From Octopus vulgaris (taxonomy: Eukaryota), in assembly GCA_951406725.2 (NCBI GenBank), contig OX597826.1, forward strand, positions 81,344,001 to 81,408,000: a DNA stretch of 64,000 nt, in the 5' to 3' direction. The notes beneath the pieces were generated by a model. The model was not told the DNA's origin and did no database searches. It worked only from the letters and a program-made list of their open reading frames with translations. Made by a program: the position numbers and the translations under genes. Every line of letters begins with the position of its first letter. Position 1 is the first letter of the stretch. This document shows positions 49,455 through 60,113 of the stretch, piece by piece.

Positions 49455-52397
49455 TGAAAGGGACATAACCATATTGATAGTGGAGAAAATGCCTAGCATT
49501 GTGATATCTTTGGCACGTCATTCTCTTACCGTAAGCAGTTCACTGAGCACAAATATATTCATATCAGTGCAATATGTCTGTGGTGAGTCCTCTCAACAGC
49601 ATGATTTAGCTCTTCATTTCTGTATTCCTCTATGAGAGAAAGAAGTACCTTGTGCAAGTTAAGAGGCTAAAACATCTCGCAACTGTAAGCATTCATACCT
49701 ATGTCTGATACTAAGTAAGAAGGAACAAACAATTCATAAAATATAGTATTTCATTAATCTATACTATAAGACAAGTATATCATGTGCTCATCTGGTTTGT
49801 GGGTACACTTTCTCTGTATGTTGTGTATATTCTTTCAGGTGTACTATCTTGATTATTGGTTTATCCTTATTGTATTTTATCAAGAGACCAATTCTGTTGT
49901 TGGTAATGTCTGTAATTTAAACTATGGCATGGTTCCTTCAGGTGTTTATGGTGAAAATTAATGTTAATTTGTCATTGTCGTATTAAACTTTGCATAAAAA
50001 CGAAATTGGTGGAGCAATTTTTTTGAATTATCATCATCAGTGATTTTTCTATGTCCATTGACAATGCTGGAATGTGTTGGACCACATTATCATCATCATC
50101 AGTTCTGGATGATGATTTTTATCTCAAGCATTTTCTCATTTCAAGTGTGAATTCCAGAGTTCTCACTGCAACAGTCTCTTTGTATTTTCATATTAATTTG
50201 AACTCTAAATAAAAATGGTTTACTCTGAAATTATTCTCTTTTTATTTTTCAAAAAGCAAGTCTTGTTTGCACGTTTTCTAAACTGGTTTTCACCGACTGT
50301 TTACTTTAAAGCCATTAAATCTATTGACACTGTTTGATACAAGATGTGATCTGATGTTACAAGGAAGTGAGTGAGATGTAAATAATAGGATGATATTGTA
50401 GATGAAATGGTGATGACGGTGGCTTTGTAGTGGTGATGCAGTGAGTTGGTTGATGAGAGCCAAGTGAGAGGCTGTCTAAGGACAAGATATTTCCCCATTC
50501 TCAGATGATATTGGTTTCAAATTTTGGCACAATGCCAGCAAATCCAGGGAATGGTACTTTTCTTATTGACCTGAAATGGTGAGAGCAAAGTTGACTTTGG
50601 TGGAGATTGAACCCTGAACATAAAGGCAGATGAAATGTTGCTGAGCATTTCATCTGATGTACTTATCATTCTTCCAGGTCACAGCCTTCAAATATTGTCA
50701 GATAATATTAAAATGTGTGTTCCCAGAAGAAGACCAGCATGGAAAAGAAGGGTCTGGAAGCTGAAGGATCTTGTGAATGAACAAAGATTTAGAGATGTAT
50801 TAAAGTTTTTGACAAAAAAGAGGAGGATATACCATCACAATGTGCAAGACAACTGGAAGTTCCTATGAGGCGACCTGTTGACCAGATCTGTGGATGGTGC
50901 AAAGTCTGCTCTCAACCTAAGGTAACACGGTGGCAGAACAATGTAGTTGACAGGGTTATTAGGGAAAAGAAACAAGCATGGTGGCAGGGAACTGTATCAG
51001 ATTGCTGGAAGGGGAGCTAGGTGACCACCAATGTTGTGTGTCATGAGGACCAGAGACTTGAAGTGTTTCGTGTTGCCAGACTGTGTGTGAAAGAGAATTG
51101 TGATTTCATAGGAGAGAAATGTGTCTGCATAGATGATGGTTCACTTGCATTTAATGATGCTGTGAAGTGAGGGACTTGGAGACTATGAAAGGTTGCTAAA
51201 TGAAGAAATATCAAGCCAACAGAGGGAGCAGCTATTCAAATTGACAGTACTTTGATAGATAAAGCAATTAAGGGTCTGAAGACAAGGAAAATCCCCAACC
51301 CACCAGCAGTCACTGCAGAGATGCTTAAACTATTTGGTGGTGTAGGCTATAGTCTAGTCAACCGGATGATACATGAAGGAATCATACCCAATGACTGGAG
51401 TAGCAACACCATAGGGTTGGCAACAAGTATAGTGAAGAATTTCTGGTAGGAGTAGGGGTCCACCAAGGATCAGTCCTCCTGGCAATAACAGGGGAATTCA
51501 AAACAGGATGCCCCTCTATGCTGTTGATCTTGTTGTAATAGTTGAGTCACTACTAGAACTAGAGGAGAAGTTTCAGGTGTGGAAGCAAAGTTTAGAATTG
51601 AAATGCCTTGGAGTCAATCTAGCAAAAACCAAAATCTGAGTAAGTAGAAAGGCAGACAAATCAGAAATCTCTTCAGGTAGATGGCCCTGCTTGATCTGTA
51701 GAAAAGGCGTAGGTAGAAACTCTTCAGAATGCACTCATATATAAGCTACAGATGCAACCACTACAAAACTCATTGGATATTTTCAACTTGCAGCCAAGTA
51801 CCGAATCTAACTACCTCGATGTATATTTAGAAATTAAGTCATGCCTCGCTACACCCTGTCGCCTTGAACACTTTTATCTCTGATGTGCCTACTACTTCAT
51901 GTGTGATCAAGAAATAAATTGTTGTTGATTAACAAAAAGGAAAAAACGTTGCCTTCTGATATTTCTCGTTACCTTCATGTAAAACATAATATTTATATAT
52001 TTCAAACCTTCCGACACGTACACATCTAAATATAGTTTCTAACGAGGTAATCCCAGGTCTTAATCTTCCTCTTGTTACAGAGTTTTACAGGGATTGAACC
52101 CACTACTTCATGGTTGTGGTATATATTATAAATATATTGTATATATTAGTAACAAACACAGACACAGCATTATGGCATTGTATAGCGTGGAATACATTAA
52201 TGAACATTGTACTCCAATCAAGATTGAATGGTATAACTTGAGGGAAATTTGACAGTTATTTCTAGCAGATCATACAAGTATGTAGAGGTTCCATTGCTCC
52301 TACGTCATTGTTTAGTCCAAGAGAAGCCATGGTTGACAAGCTCTGCCTATTCAGTGCTGGTCAATCCATAGTTGTTAAGAGAATAACTATGAAACTA

Positions 52398-52650
52398 TCT
52401 CCCAGTATAATAATGAGCCTAGTACTTTTATATATCTTTGTCCGTTTTTCTGTCTCCATTTTTTTCTCCTTGTTTCTCTCGTTTTTTTCTGTGTCCCTTT
52501 CTGTAGAAGAGCATAGGCTCGAAACGTAAAAGACTTTTTCTATTCCTGAGCATTATACTAATACATCTGTTTGTTTAGTACACCACCTGTCTTCGTCTTT
52601 TGTTTTTTTTTTCGTAAACTCTCCCTATATACATATATATATATATATAT
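52398..52650 (+). mobile_element. Penelope-like terminal fragment ending in (TA)n (copy at about 63066-63322)
   Basis: Carries a PLE-type minimal hammerhead motif; T-rich; adjacent to a TA tract. Confidence 0.55.
52493..52534 (+). ncRNA. Minimal type I hammerhead ribozyme-like motif (variant core CUGUAGA)
   Basis: CTTT-CTGTAGA-A-GAGC atag GCTC-GAAA-CG-TA-AAAG; stems I and II pair; palindromic ACGT stem III. Confidence 0.6.
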
Positions 52651-53010
52651 ATTTAATTTACGAAGGTGTCATAGATTAATCTTTGGTGAATTATTTTTCT
52701 CGTAAATTGTATCGAGATTCTTTTACACTGGTGGCTGCTGTGATTTCGGTGCGAAACGAATCAGTTGCAGCACAGACTTCGGAACAATGGGTTGGGAATC
52801 TCTAATTATGGTAACGCGTGCTGAAGAAGTTAAGGCTTCTTTTGGCAGTGCAGACACGCGTCCACATGAGTCCAGATACTTAAATAGATAGTCTTAACCT
52901 GATTTTGCCTTCGTTTTGATTTCTGTAGTTTTCATCAAAGTATTTTTGGCGATTTAATAAGAGTTTTGACTCTTATTTCAAGCAGGTAGACATACTTAGT
53001 ATGTCCTTTG

Positions 53011-53054
<44 letters not shown>

Positions 53055-53091
53055 TGTATGTATGAATGTATGTATATATATATATATATAT

Positions 53092-55348
53092 CACCATCAT
53101 CATCATCATCATTTAGCGTCCATTCTCCATGCTAGCACGGGTTGGACAGTTCAACCGGGGTCTGGGAAGCCAGAAGGCTGCATCAGGCCCAGTCTGATCT
53201 GGCAATGTTTCTACAGCTGGATGCCCTTCCTAACGCCAACCACTCCGCGAGTGTAGTGGGTGCTTTTTACGTGCCACCGGCCACGTTCGGTTGGTGCTTT
53301 TAACGTGCCACCGGCACGGAAGCCAGTCGATGCGGCACTGTCATCGGCCTCGTTCGGATGGTGCTTTTTATATGCCACCGGCCCAAGTATCACAACTACT
53401 ATTTCCATTGATATTTATTTCGATGTTCATCTACTTGACTCAATAGGTTTCCTCAAGCACAGCGGGATGTTCTGGTATCGAAGGTACTTTGAATGGGCAG
53501 GGGCTATGCGGGACTGGTGCAGGAAGCAGCCCGGGCCTTTGCAGCGATCTCGGTCCTTCGTCATTGCCTGTGTGAGGCCGAACGCTCTGAGGTCATGCTT
53601 GACTACCTCATCCCATGTCTTCCTGGGTCTACCTCTCTCCCTGATACCTTCAACTGTTTGGCAGCGGCACTTCTTCACACATCTCTCCTCATCCATCCGC
53701 AGTACATGACCATACCATCGCAAGCGTCGGTCTTGCACACCACATCTGATGCTTCTTATGTCCAGCATTTCTCTCAGGGTGCTTACACTCGGTCGTGCGC
53801 GCACACTGACATTACACATCCAGCGGATCATGCTACCTTCATTTCTTTCAAGCCTACGCATGCCCTCTGCAGTCACAGCCCATGTTTCACTACCGTGAAG
53901 CATGGCAGTTTGCACACATGCATCGTACAATCTGCCTTTCACTCTGAGCGAGAGACCCTTTGTCGCCAGTAGGGGTAGGAGCTTTCTAAACTTTGCCCAG
54001 GCTATTCGTATTCTAGTGGTGACACTCTCTGAGCATCCCCCTCCACTACTAACTTGGTCACCTAGGTAGCGGAAACTATCTACTACTTCTAGTTTTTTCC
54101 CCTGAAGTGTAATGGAATCTGTTTTCTGAGCATCTGTGGTGTCTATTGTCCCTGTGCATCTGCTGCACATGAAAGCTATCTTATCAGTTAATTTCCCTTT
54201 GATGTTGCTGCACCTTTTATGCATCCATAGCTTACACTGGGTACATCTTATGGAGCTTCTACCTACACCTTTCCTACATATCGAGCAGGGCCACCTGCCC
54301 GAGGGTGTGTGTGCTGAGTTCGCCTTTCTGCTTACTATAACTTTGGTCTTTGCTACATTTACTGTAAGGCCCTTTGATTCTAACCCTTGCTTCCACACCC
54401 AAAATTTCTTTTCTAGTTCCGGTAGTGATTCTGCTATGAGAGCCAGGTCATCAGCATAGAGGAGCTCCCAGGGGCAACCTGTTTTGAATTCCTCTGTTAT
54501 TGCCTGGAGGACTATGATGAATAAAAGGGGACTGAGGGCTGAGCCTTGGTGTACACCTACTTCTACCCGGAATTTTTCACTATATTCGTTGCCAATTCTA
54601 ACCTTGCTGACAGCCTCTCTGTATAAGGCCTGTACAGCCCTTATTAGCCATTTGTCAATCTCCAGTTTCCGCATCAACCACCAGATAAGGGATCGGTGGA
54701 CCCTGTCAAAGGCTTTCTCCAAGTCCACAAAAGCTATGTAGAGGGGTTTATCATTAGCTAGGTACTTCTCCTGCAGTTGTCGGACCAAGAATATAGAATC
54801 AGTGGTGCTTCTACCTGGCACAAATCCGAACTGCATCTCATCTAAGCAAATTCTCTCCCTAATGAGATGGGTTATAACCCTCTCTGTGACCTTCATCACC
54901 TGATCCAACAGTTTAATACCCCTGTAGTTATTTCTATCTAGAGCATCACCCTTACCCTTGTAGCAGTTGACTATGGTGCTGCTACGCCAGTCATTGGGTA
55001 TGATTCCAATATGAACTACCTGGTTTACAATGCGGGTGACTAGGCCATAGCCCACATAACCAACTGTTTTAAGCATCTCAGCAGTGATACCTGATGGGCC
55101 AGGGGCTTTACCTGGTTTCATACCCTTAATTGCCTTAACTACAAGGGAGCTGTCTATTCGGATAGCTGGTCCCTCTACTGGGTCAACATTTGGCAGGCTC
55201 TCCTCCTCCCATTCATTCTCCACATTCAGCAGTCTTTCATAATGGCTTCTCCAAGCCTCTTTCTTTTCACCAACATTAAAAGCAAGTGCCCCGTCATCCA
55301 TGCGGACACATTTCTCTCCTGTAACATTACTATTTTCTCTCACACACT
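53092..55348 (-). mobile_element. Young 5'-truncated RTE LINE
   Basis: (CAT)n tail, 3' UTR repeats, long open RT frame. Confidence 0.95.
53427..55343 (-). CDS. RTE reverse transcriptase ORF fragment (638 aa; no endonuclease; PHD insert)
   Basis: KAPGPSG, NYRGIKLL, QFGF, FVDLEKAFD, GVHQGSALSPLLF, YADD, FRYLG; no true start, and the C-terminus is likely frameshifted. Confidence 0.85.
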   Translation of the reverse strand: MRENSNVTGEKCVRMDDGALAFNVGEKKEAWRSHYERLLNVENEWEEESLPNVDPVEGPAIRIDSSLVVKAIKGMKPGKAPGPSGITAEMLKTVGYVGYGLVTRIVNQVVHIGIIPNDWRSSTIVNCYKGKGDALDRNNYRGIKLLDQVMKVTERVITHLIRERICLDEMQFGFVPGRSTTDSIFLVRQLQEKYLANDKPLYIAFVDLEKAFDRVHRSLIWWLMRKLEIDKWLIRAVQALYREAVSKVRIGNEYSEKFRVEVGVHQGSALSPLLFIIVLQAITEEFKTGCPWELLYADDLALIAESLPELEKKFWVWKQGLESKGLTVNVAKTKVIVSRKANSAHTPSGRWPCSICRKGVGRSSIRCTQCKLWMHKRCSNIKGKLTDKIAFMCSRCTGTIDTTDAQKTDSITLQGKKLEVVDSFRYLGDQVSSGGGCSESVTTRIRIAWAKFRKLLPLLATKGLSLRVKGRLYDACVQTAMLHGSETWAVTAEGMRRLERNEGSMIRWMCNVSVRARPSVSTLREMLDIRSIRCGVQDRRLRWYGHVLRMDEERCVKKCRCQTVEGIRERGRPRKTWDEVVKHDLRAFGLTQAMTKDRDRCKGPGCFLHQSRIAPAHSKYLRYQNIPLCLRKPIESSR

Positions 55349-55578
55349 ATTTTCTCCGTCACAACATAGGAATGAGAAAGGAAAGGGTGACAGCTGAATG
55401 ACAAAGGAAGGGGTGAAAGAGTGTGTGTGTGCAATGGCCATGTCCATTGTTTAATGCTGTGTAAAAAGTTACCTGTTTCACTAATTATCTCGCAACTTAA
55501 TTTTTAATTACTTTTTAATATTACCATATTGAACGATTTACGGCAAATTTTGTTTTTCTATTTACGAAAATATTTCTT

Positions 55579-55690
55579 CGGATTCTGTTACTTCCGCCCA
55601 GAATCTACCAAAATCATTTCCAGCCAAGAACTTTCTCTCGTCTGAATCGAATTTATCCAAGAAATTATAAAGCTACGAGGAAAAGTAAGT
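55579..55690 (+). promoter_or_regulatory. Promoter/non-coding exon 1 of ZNF gene 7; donor 55685-55690
   Basis: Conserved motif plus GTAAGT; acceptor AG 58092-58093. Confidence 0.65.
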
Positions 55691-57912
55691 ATTTATAGTG
55701 TTTAAATGGATATAAAATATTTTGAGGACGGATCTTCGGAATAACTCTTTGGGGCAATGAAAAGAGCAAAGAATCGGGAAGGTTTTTGTCTTCGTCATTT
55801 CAATATTTTACGATTCTCCGCCAAAATTTCGATCAGAATCAGAATTTCCTTTCTATCAAACACAGAAATACGAGGAAAAAGTGCGCTGGCTTTCGAGATA
55901 GCTGTCGCAAATAAAAGGGAATTGCTCAGAGATTTCTTTTTTTAGCATTTTTCACCATTTTATAGAATCTCACTTGGCAAAACAAGATATTAATCGCCTT
56001 CTTAAAAAACGAAAAAAGAAAAGAAATTGAGTATCTTTGCTTCTTTGGAAATGTCTCAGTCTCTCTGTCCCTCTCAGTTACGCCTTCCGAATAACTGCCA
56101 CGATTCACAGGAATTAATTTCCTTCCCAATTTCCCGTCTCTTCTGAAATATTTACAATTCACATTAGAAATAATACAAAATAACAAAAACTACCAAATGC
56201 ACCTCACACTTCATCGCACCTTTAACGATCTGTAGTCTATACTCGAGTAGAAGCCGATCCCCTATTTTGGGCAAAAACTTGGTAATTTTCCATGGATCCT
56301 GTATAAAAGTTGACCCTAGTATATGACGAGTAACATTTGTGGGTCCAGATGCAGTATAATCCTGTACGTAGAAGTAACTTTTTGTTTCATTTCTACTGTA
56401 GGCACAGGGCCCGGAATTTTTTGGGTGGGTGTCAGTCGATTAGATCGAACAAGTACGCAACTGGTATTTAATTTATCGACCCCGAAAGGATGAGAGGCAA
56501 AGTGGACCTCGGCGGAATTTGAACGTAGGACATAAAGACAGATGAAATGCCTATTTCTTTCCTATCCACAAGGGGCTAAACACAGAGGGGACAAACAAGG
56601 ACAGACGAACGGATTAAGTCGAGTATATCGACTCCAGTGCGTAACTGGTACATATTTAATCGACCCTGAAAGGATGAAAGGCAAAGTGGACCTCGGCGGA
56701 ATTTGAACTCAGAACGTAGCGGCAGACGAAATAGGGCTAAGCATTTAGTGCTAACGTTTCTGCCAGCTGGCCGTCTTGTACGTAGAAATAACTTAGAAAA
56801 CTATGTATCCTGCTTTTAGGTGGAATGCTTGGTGCTTATAATGGAATGTTCAGTGCACCATTTAATAGAGTACACTACACACAAGTGAAGGAAAACTGCA
56901 AACAAGAGAAATAATATCCTTAAGATTATAAACCTGGAAGATTACAGGACAAGTTATTACCCCTAAAAATAGTTGAGGACAGCTTATTACAGAACAGGAC
57001 AATTTTTACTTAAAATATTGCAGCCAAGGATAAAATTTCAAATAAAATATTTAGAATTCGAAATTTGCCTACCATATATACTATTCTATTTTGCATAAAA
57101 CTTTAGCTATATTGATACTTCTGGCTCTCATTTTTTAAATATTCTAGTGTGTCAGTATTTTAACAAAATAATGATACCTCTTTTAATTATAATGTAAATT
57201 AAAATCAAATAATTTTAAATTTTCAAATTTTATCCTTAGCTGCAATATTTTAAGTAAATATTTTCTTGCTCTGTATTTTACCAGATGTAATAACCTGTTC
57301 TGAACTTTTCCAAGTGAAATAACTTGTCCTGCAATTTTCCAGGTTTATAATCTTAAGAATATTATTTCTCTTGCTCAAATTTTCCCATGTAATCCACGTT
57401 TTTTCCATGCTGTGCTGTTATGCTAATTAATAACGTGTCAATTAGTGGTGTCGTTGATAATTTTTCCTTACCCCAATAACATCGGTGACGTATATTAAAA
57501 GTCCCCTTATAGGACTATATTCATAGAAAGTATAGAACTATACTATCACCCTCAAATTGCAGAAACAAACACTCATTACCTTTTTCTTTTAAAACTTCAT
57601 TGCATGAGATTGATACCTTGAAGCTCCTTGAATCGATCTCTATCAATTAAGCCTAATTAAAATATAGTCTGTTTATAAAATTTAATAGTTAATTATACTA
57701 TAGTGTTGCGATAAGTTTTGATGTAAACTTTTTTCTTCTGGATCAAATCTCAATGATTTTTATGCCAAGATGTAGCTAGGGACCAGCCCTCTTCAAAAAT
57801 GTTAACAGTTTTCAATTCAGTTAAGAACCGAATTAGCGACAAGCTCTGAAAAATGCTGCATGGGAGCAAACTGTGGCCTTCCCAATATTATTCAATTACT
57901 ACTGTAGTTGAA

Positions 57913-57948
<36 letters not shown>

Positions 57949-58494
57949 CTATATGCACAGTATTATAGAGATACGCTGGAGGAGTTCATTCGTTCTAGTC
58001 AAGGTTTCACTTGTACAATTTATAAGTATAGCAATAACATTGATGCTGTTTATGTATCCTTGAAAGCTTATACTGTTTTCCTTCTTATTTCAGAATCAAA
58101 GCTGGAACTGGCATCAACATTTTTGTTTATCATACAACAGAAGCATCAACAATATTTATCATCTTTTAAAGACTAAAAATGTTATACTGAACAAATCTGA
58201 CCATTTTCACATAAATTTAATGAATGATGGTTGAAAGATTTCCCCTGGGTAAGATTATTAGCAACAGTTGTGTGTGTCATTCCCTGGAATGAGTACAATA
58301 CAATTCTGCATTGAAAATATATGAAGATCGATTTATGAAGCACTTTGCATCCAGATGATGGACTTGTAGCAGAAGGAATGTTTGTTAGAAATAAATTATA
58401 GAAAGGAAAACAGCAAACATAATATATTGTGGTGAGAGAAGGAAGAATTATTATTCAATGAAATAAACAACTGTTATTTTTTGGTTCTTAAAAG

Positions 58495-59694
58495 ATGGCA
58501 AAAAGCTTAGCAAAGTCTTCATATGAATGTGATGTCTGTAAAAAGTCATTAAGTTCAAGAGGTACACTAACTGCTCATGTACGTATTCATACAGGAGAGA
58601 AACCATATCACTGTGTTATCTGTGGTAAAAGATTCACTAGAACAGATGACTTGACTGTTCATGTACGTGCTCATACAGGAGAGAAACCATATCAGTGTGA
58701 TATCTGTGGTCAGTCGTTCACTCGTACAGATATTTTAACCACACACAAACGTATTCACACAGGAGAGAAACCATATCAATGTGATATGTGCAGTAAATCA
58801 TTCGCTAAAAGTACCAACTTAACTGATCACAAACGCATTCATACTGGAGAAAGACCATACCATTGTGATATCTGCGGTAAATCATTCAATCAAAATAACC
58901 AGTTAGTTAAACACAAACGCATTCATACAGGAGAAAAGCCTTATCAATGTGATACCTGTGACAAAGCATTCTCTCGTAATGCTGAGTTAATTGCTCACAA
59001 ATACATTCATACAGGAGAAAACCCTTATCAATGTGATATCTGTGGTAAATCATTCCGTCAAAATAACAAGTTAATTAAACACAAACGTATTCATACTGGA
59101 GAAAAACGATTTCATTGTGATGTTTGTGGTAAAGCATTCTCTCAGAGTACGGATGTGAAAATGCACAAACGTATTCATACCAGAGAAAAACAATATCACT
59201 GTGATATCTGTGGTAAATCATTCATTCGAAGTAAAGATTTAGAGGTCCATAAGCACATTCATTCTGGAGAAAAACCATATGATTGTGATATCTGTGGTAA
59301 ATCGTACGCACAAAGTAGTGCCTTAAATTCTCATAAACACATCCATACTGGAGAGGCACCATATCAGTGTAATATCTGCGGTAAATCATTCCCTACAAAT
59401 AATTCCCTGAGTGGTCATAAACGTATTCATACTGGGGAAACACCGTATCATTGTGATATCTGTGGTAAATCTTTCTCTCAAAGTACTGCTGTAACTGTAC
59501 ATAAACGTATTCATACAGGAGAGAAGCCATATTATTGTGATATCTGTGGTAAATCTTTCTCTCGAAGTACTGCTGTAACTGTACATAAACGTATTCATAC
59601 AGGAGAGAAGCCCTATCACTGTGATATCTGTGGTAAATCATTCAATCGAAATAGCCACGTAACTAGACACAAACGTATTCATACAGGAGAATAG
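58495..59694 (+). CDS. C2H2 zinc-finger gene 7, 399 aa, 14 fingers, TAG in a linker
   Basis: One extra 84-bp finger relative to genes 5 and 6; two in-frame fingers to TGA 59863-59865; decayed tail to 60298. Confidence 0.88.
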   Translation: MAKSLAKSSYECDVCKKSLSSRGTLTAHVRIHTGEKPYHCVICGKRFTRTDDLTVHVRAHTGEKPYQCDICGQSFTRTDILTTHKRIHTGEKPYQCDMCSKSFAKSTNLTDHKRIHTGERPYHCDICGKSFNQNNQLVKHKRIHTGEKPYQCDTCDKAFSRNAELIAHKYIHTGENPYQCDICGKSFRQNNKLIKHKRIHTGEKRFHCDVCGKAFSQSTDVKMHKRIHTREKQYHCDICGKSFIRSKDLEVHKHIHSGEKPYDCDICGKSYAQSSALNSHKHIHTGEAPYQCNICGKSFPTNNSLSGHKRIHTGETPYHCDICGKSFSQSTAVTVHKRIHTGEKPYYCDICGKSFSRSTAVTVHKRIHTGEKPYHCDICGKSFNRNSHVTRHKRIHTGE

Positions 59695-59930
59695 CCCTAT
59701 CACTGTGATATCTGTGACAAATCATTCGCTCGTAATGATGAGTTAATTGCTCACAAACATATTCATACAGGAGAGAAACCATGTTGCTGTAATATCTGTG
59801 ATAAGTTGTTCCCTGTAAATAATGCCTTGTCTCTACACAAACGTATTCATATTAGAGGAAAGTGATATATTTGTGGTAAAGTGTTTGTTCAAAGTTTTGG
59901 TTTACAGGGACATAAAATCATTCATTCTAG

Positions 59931-60113
<183 letters not shown>

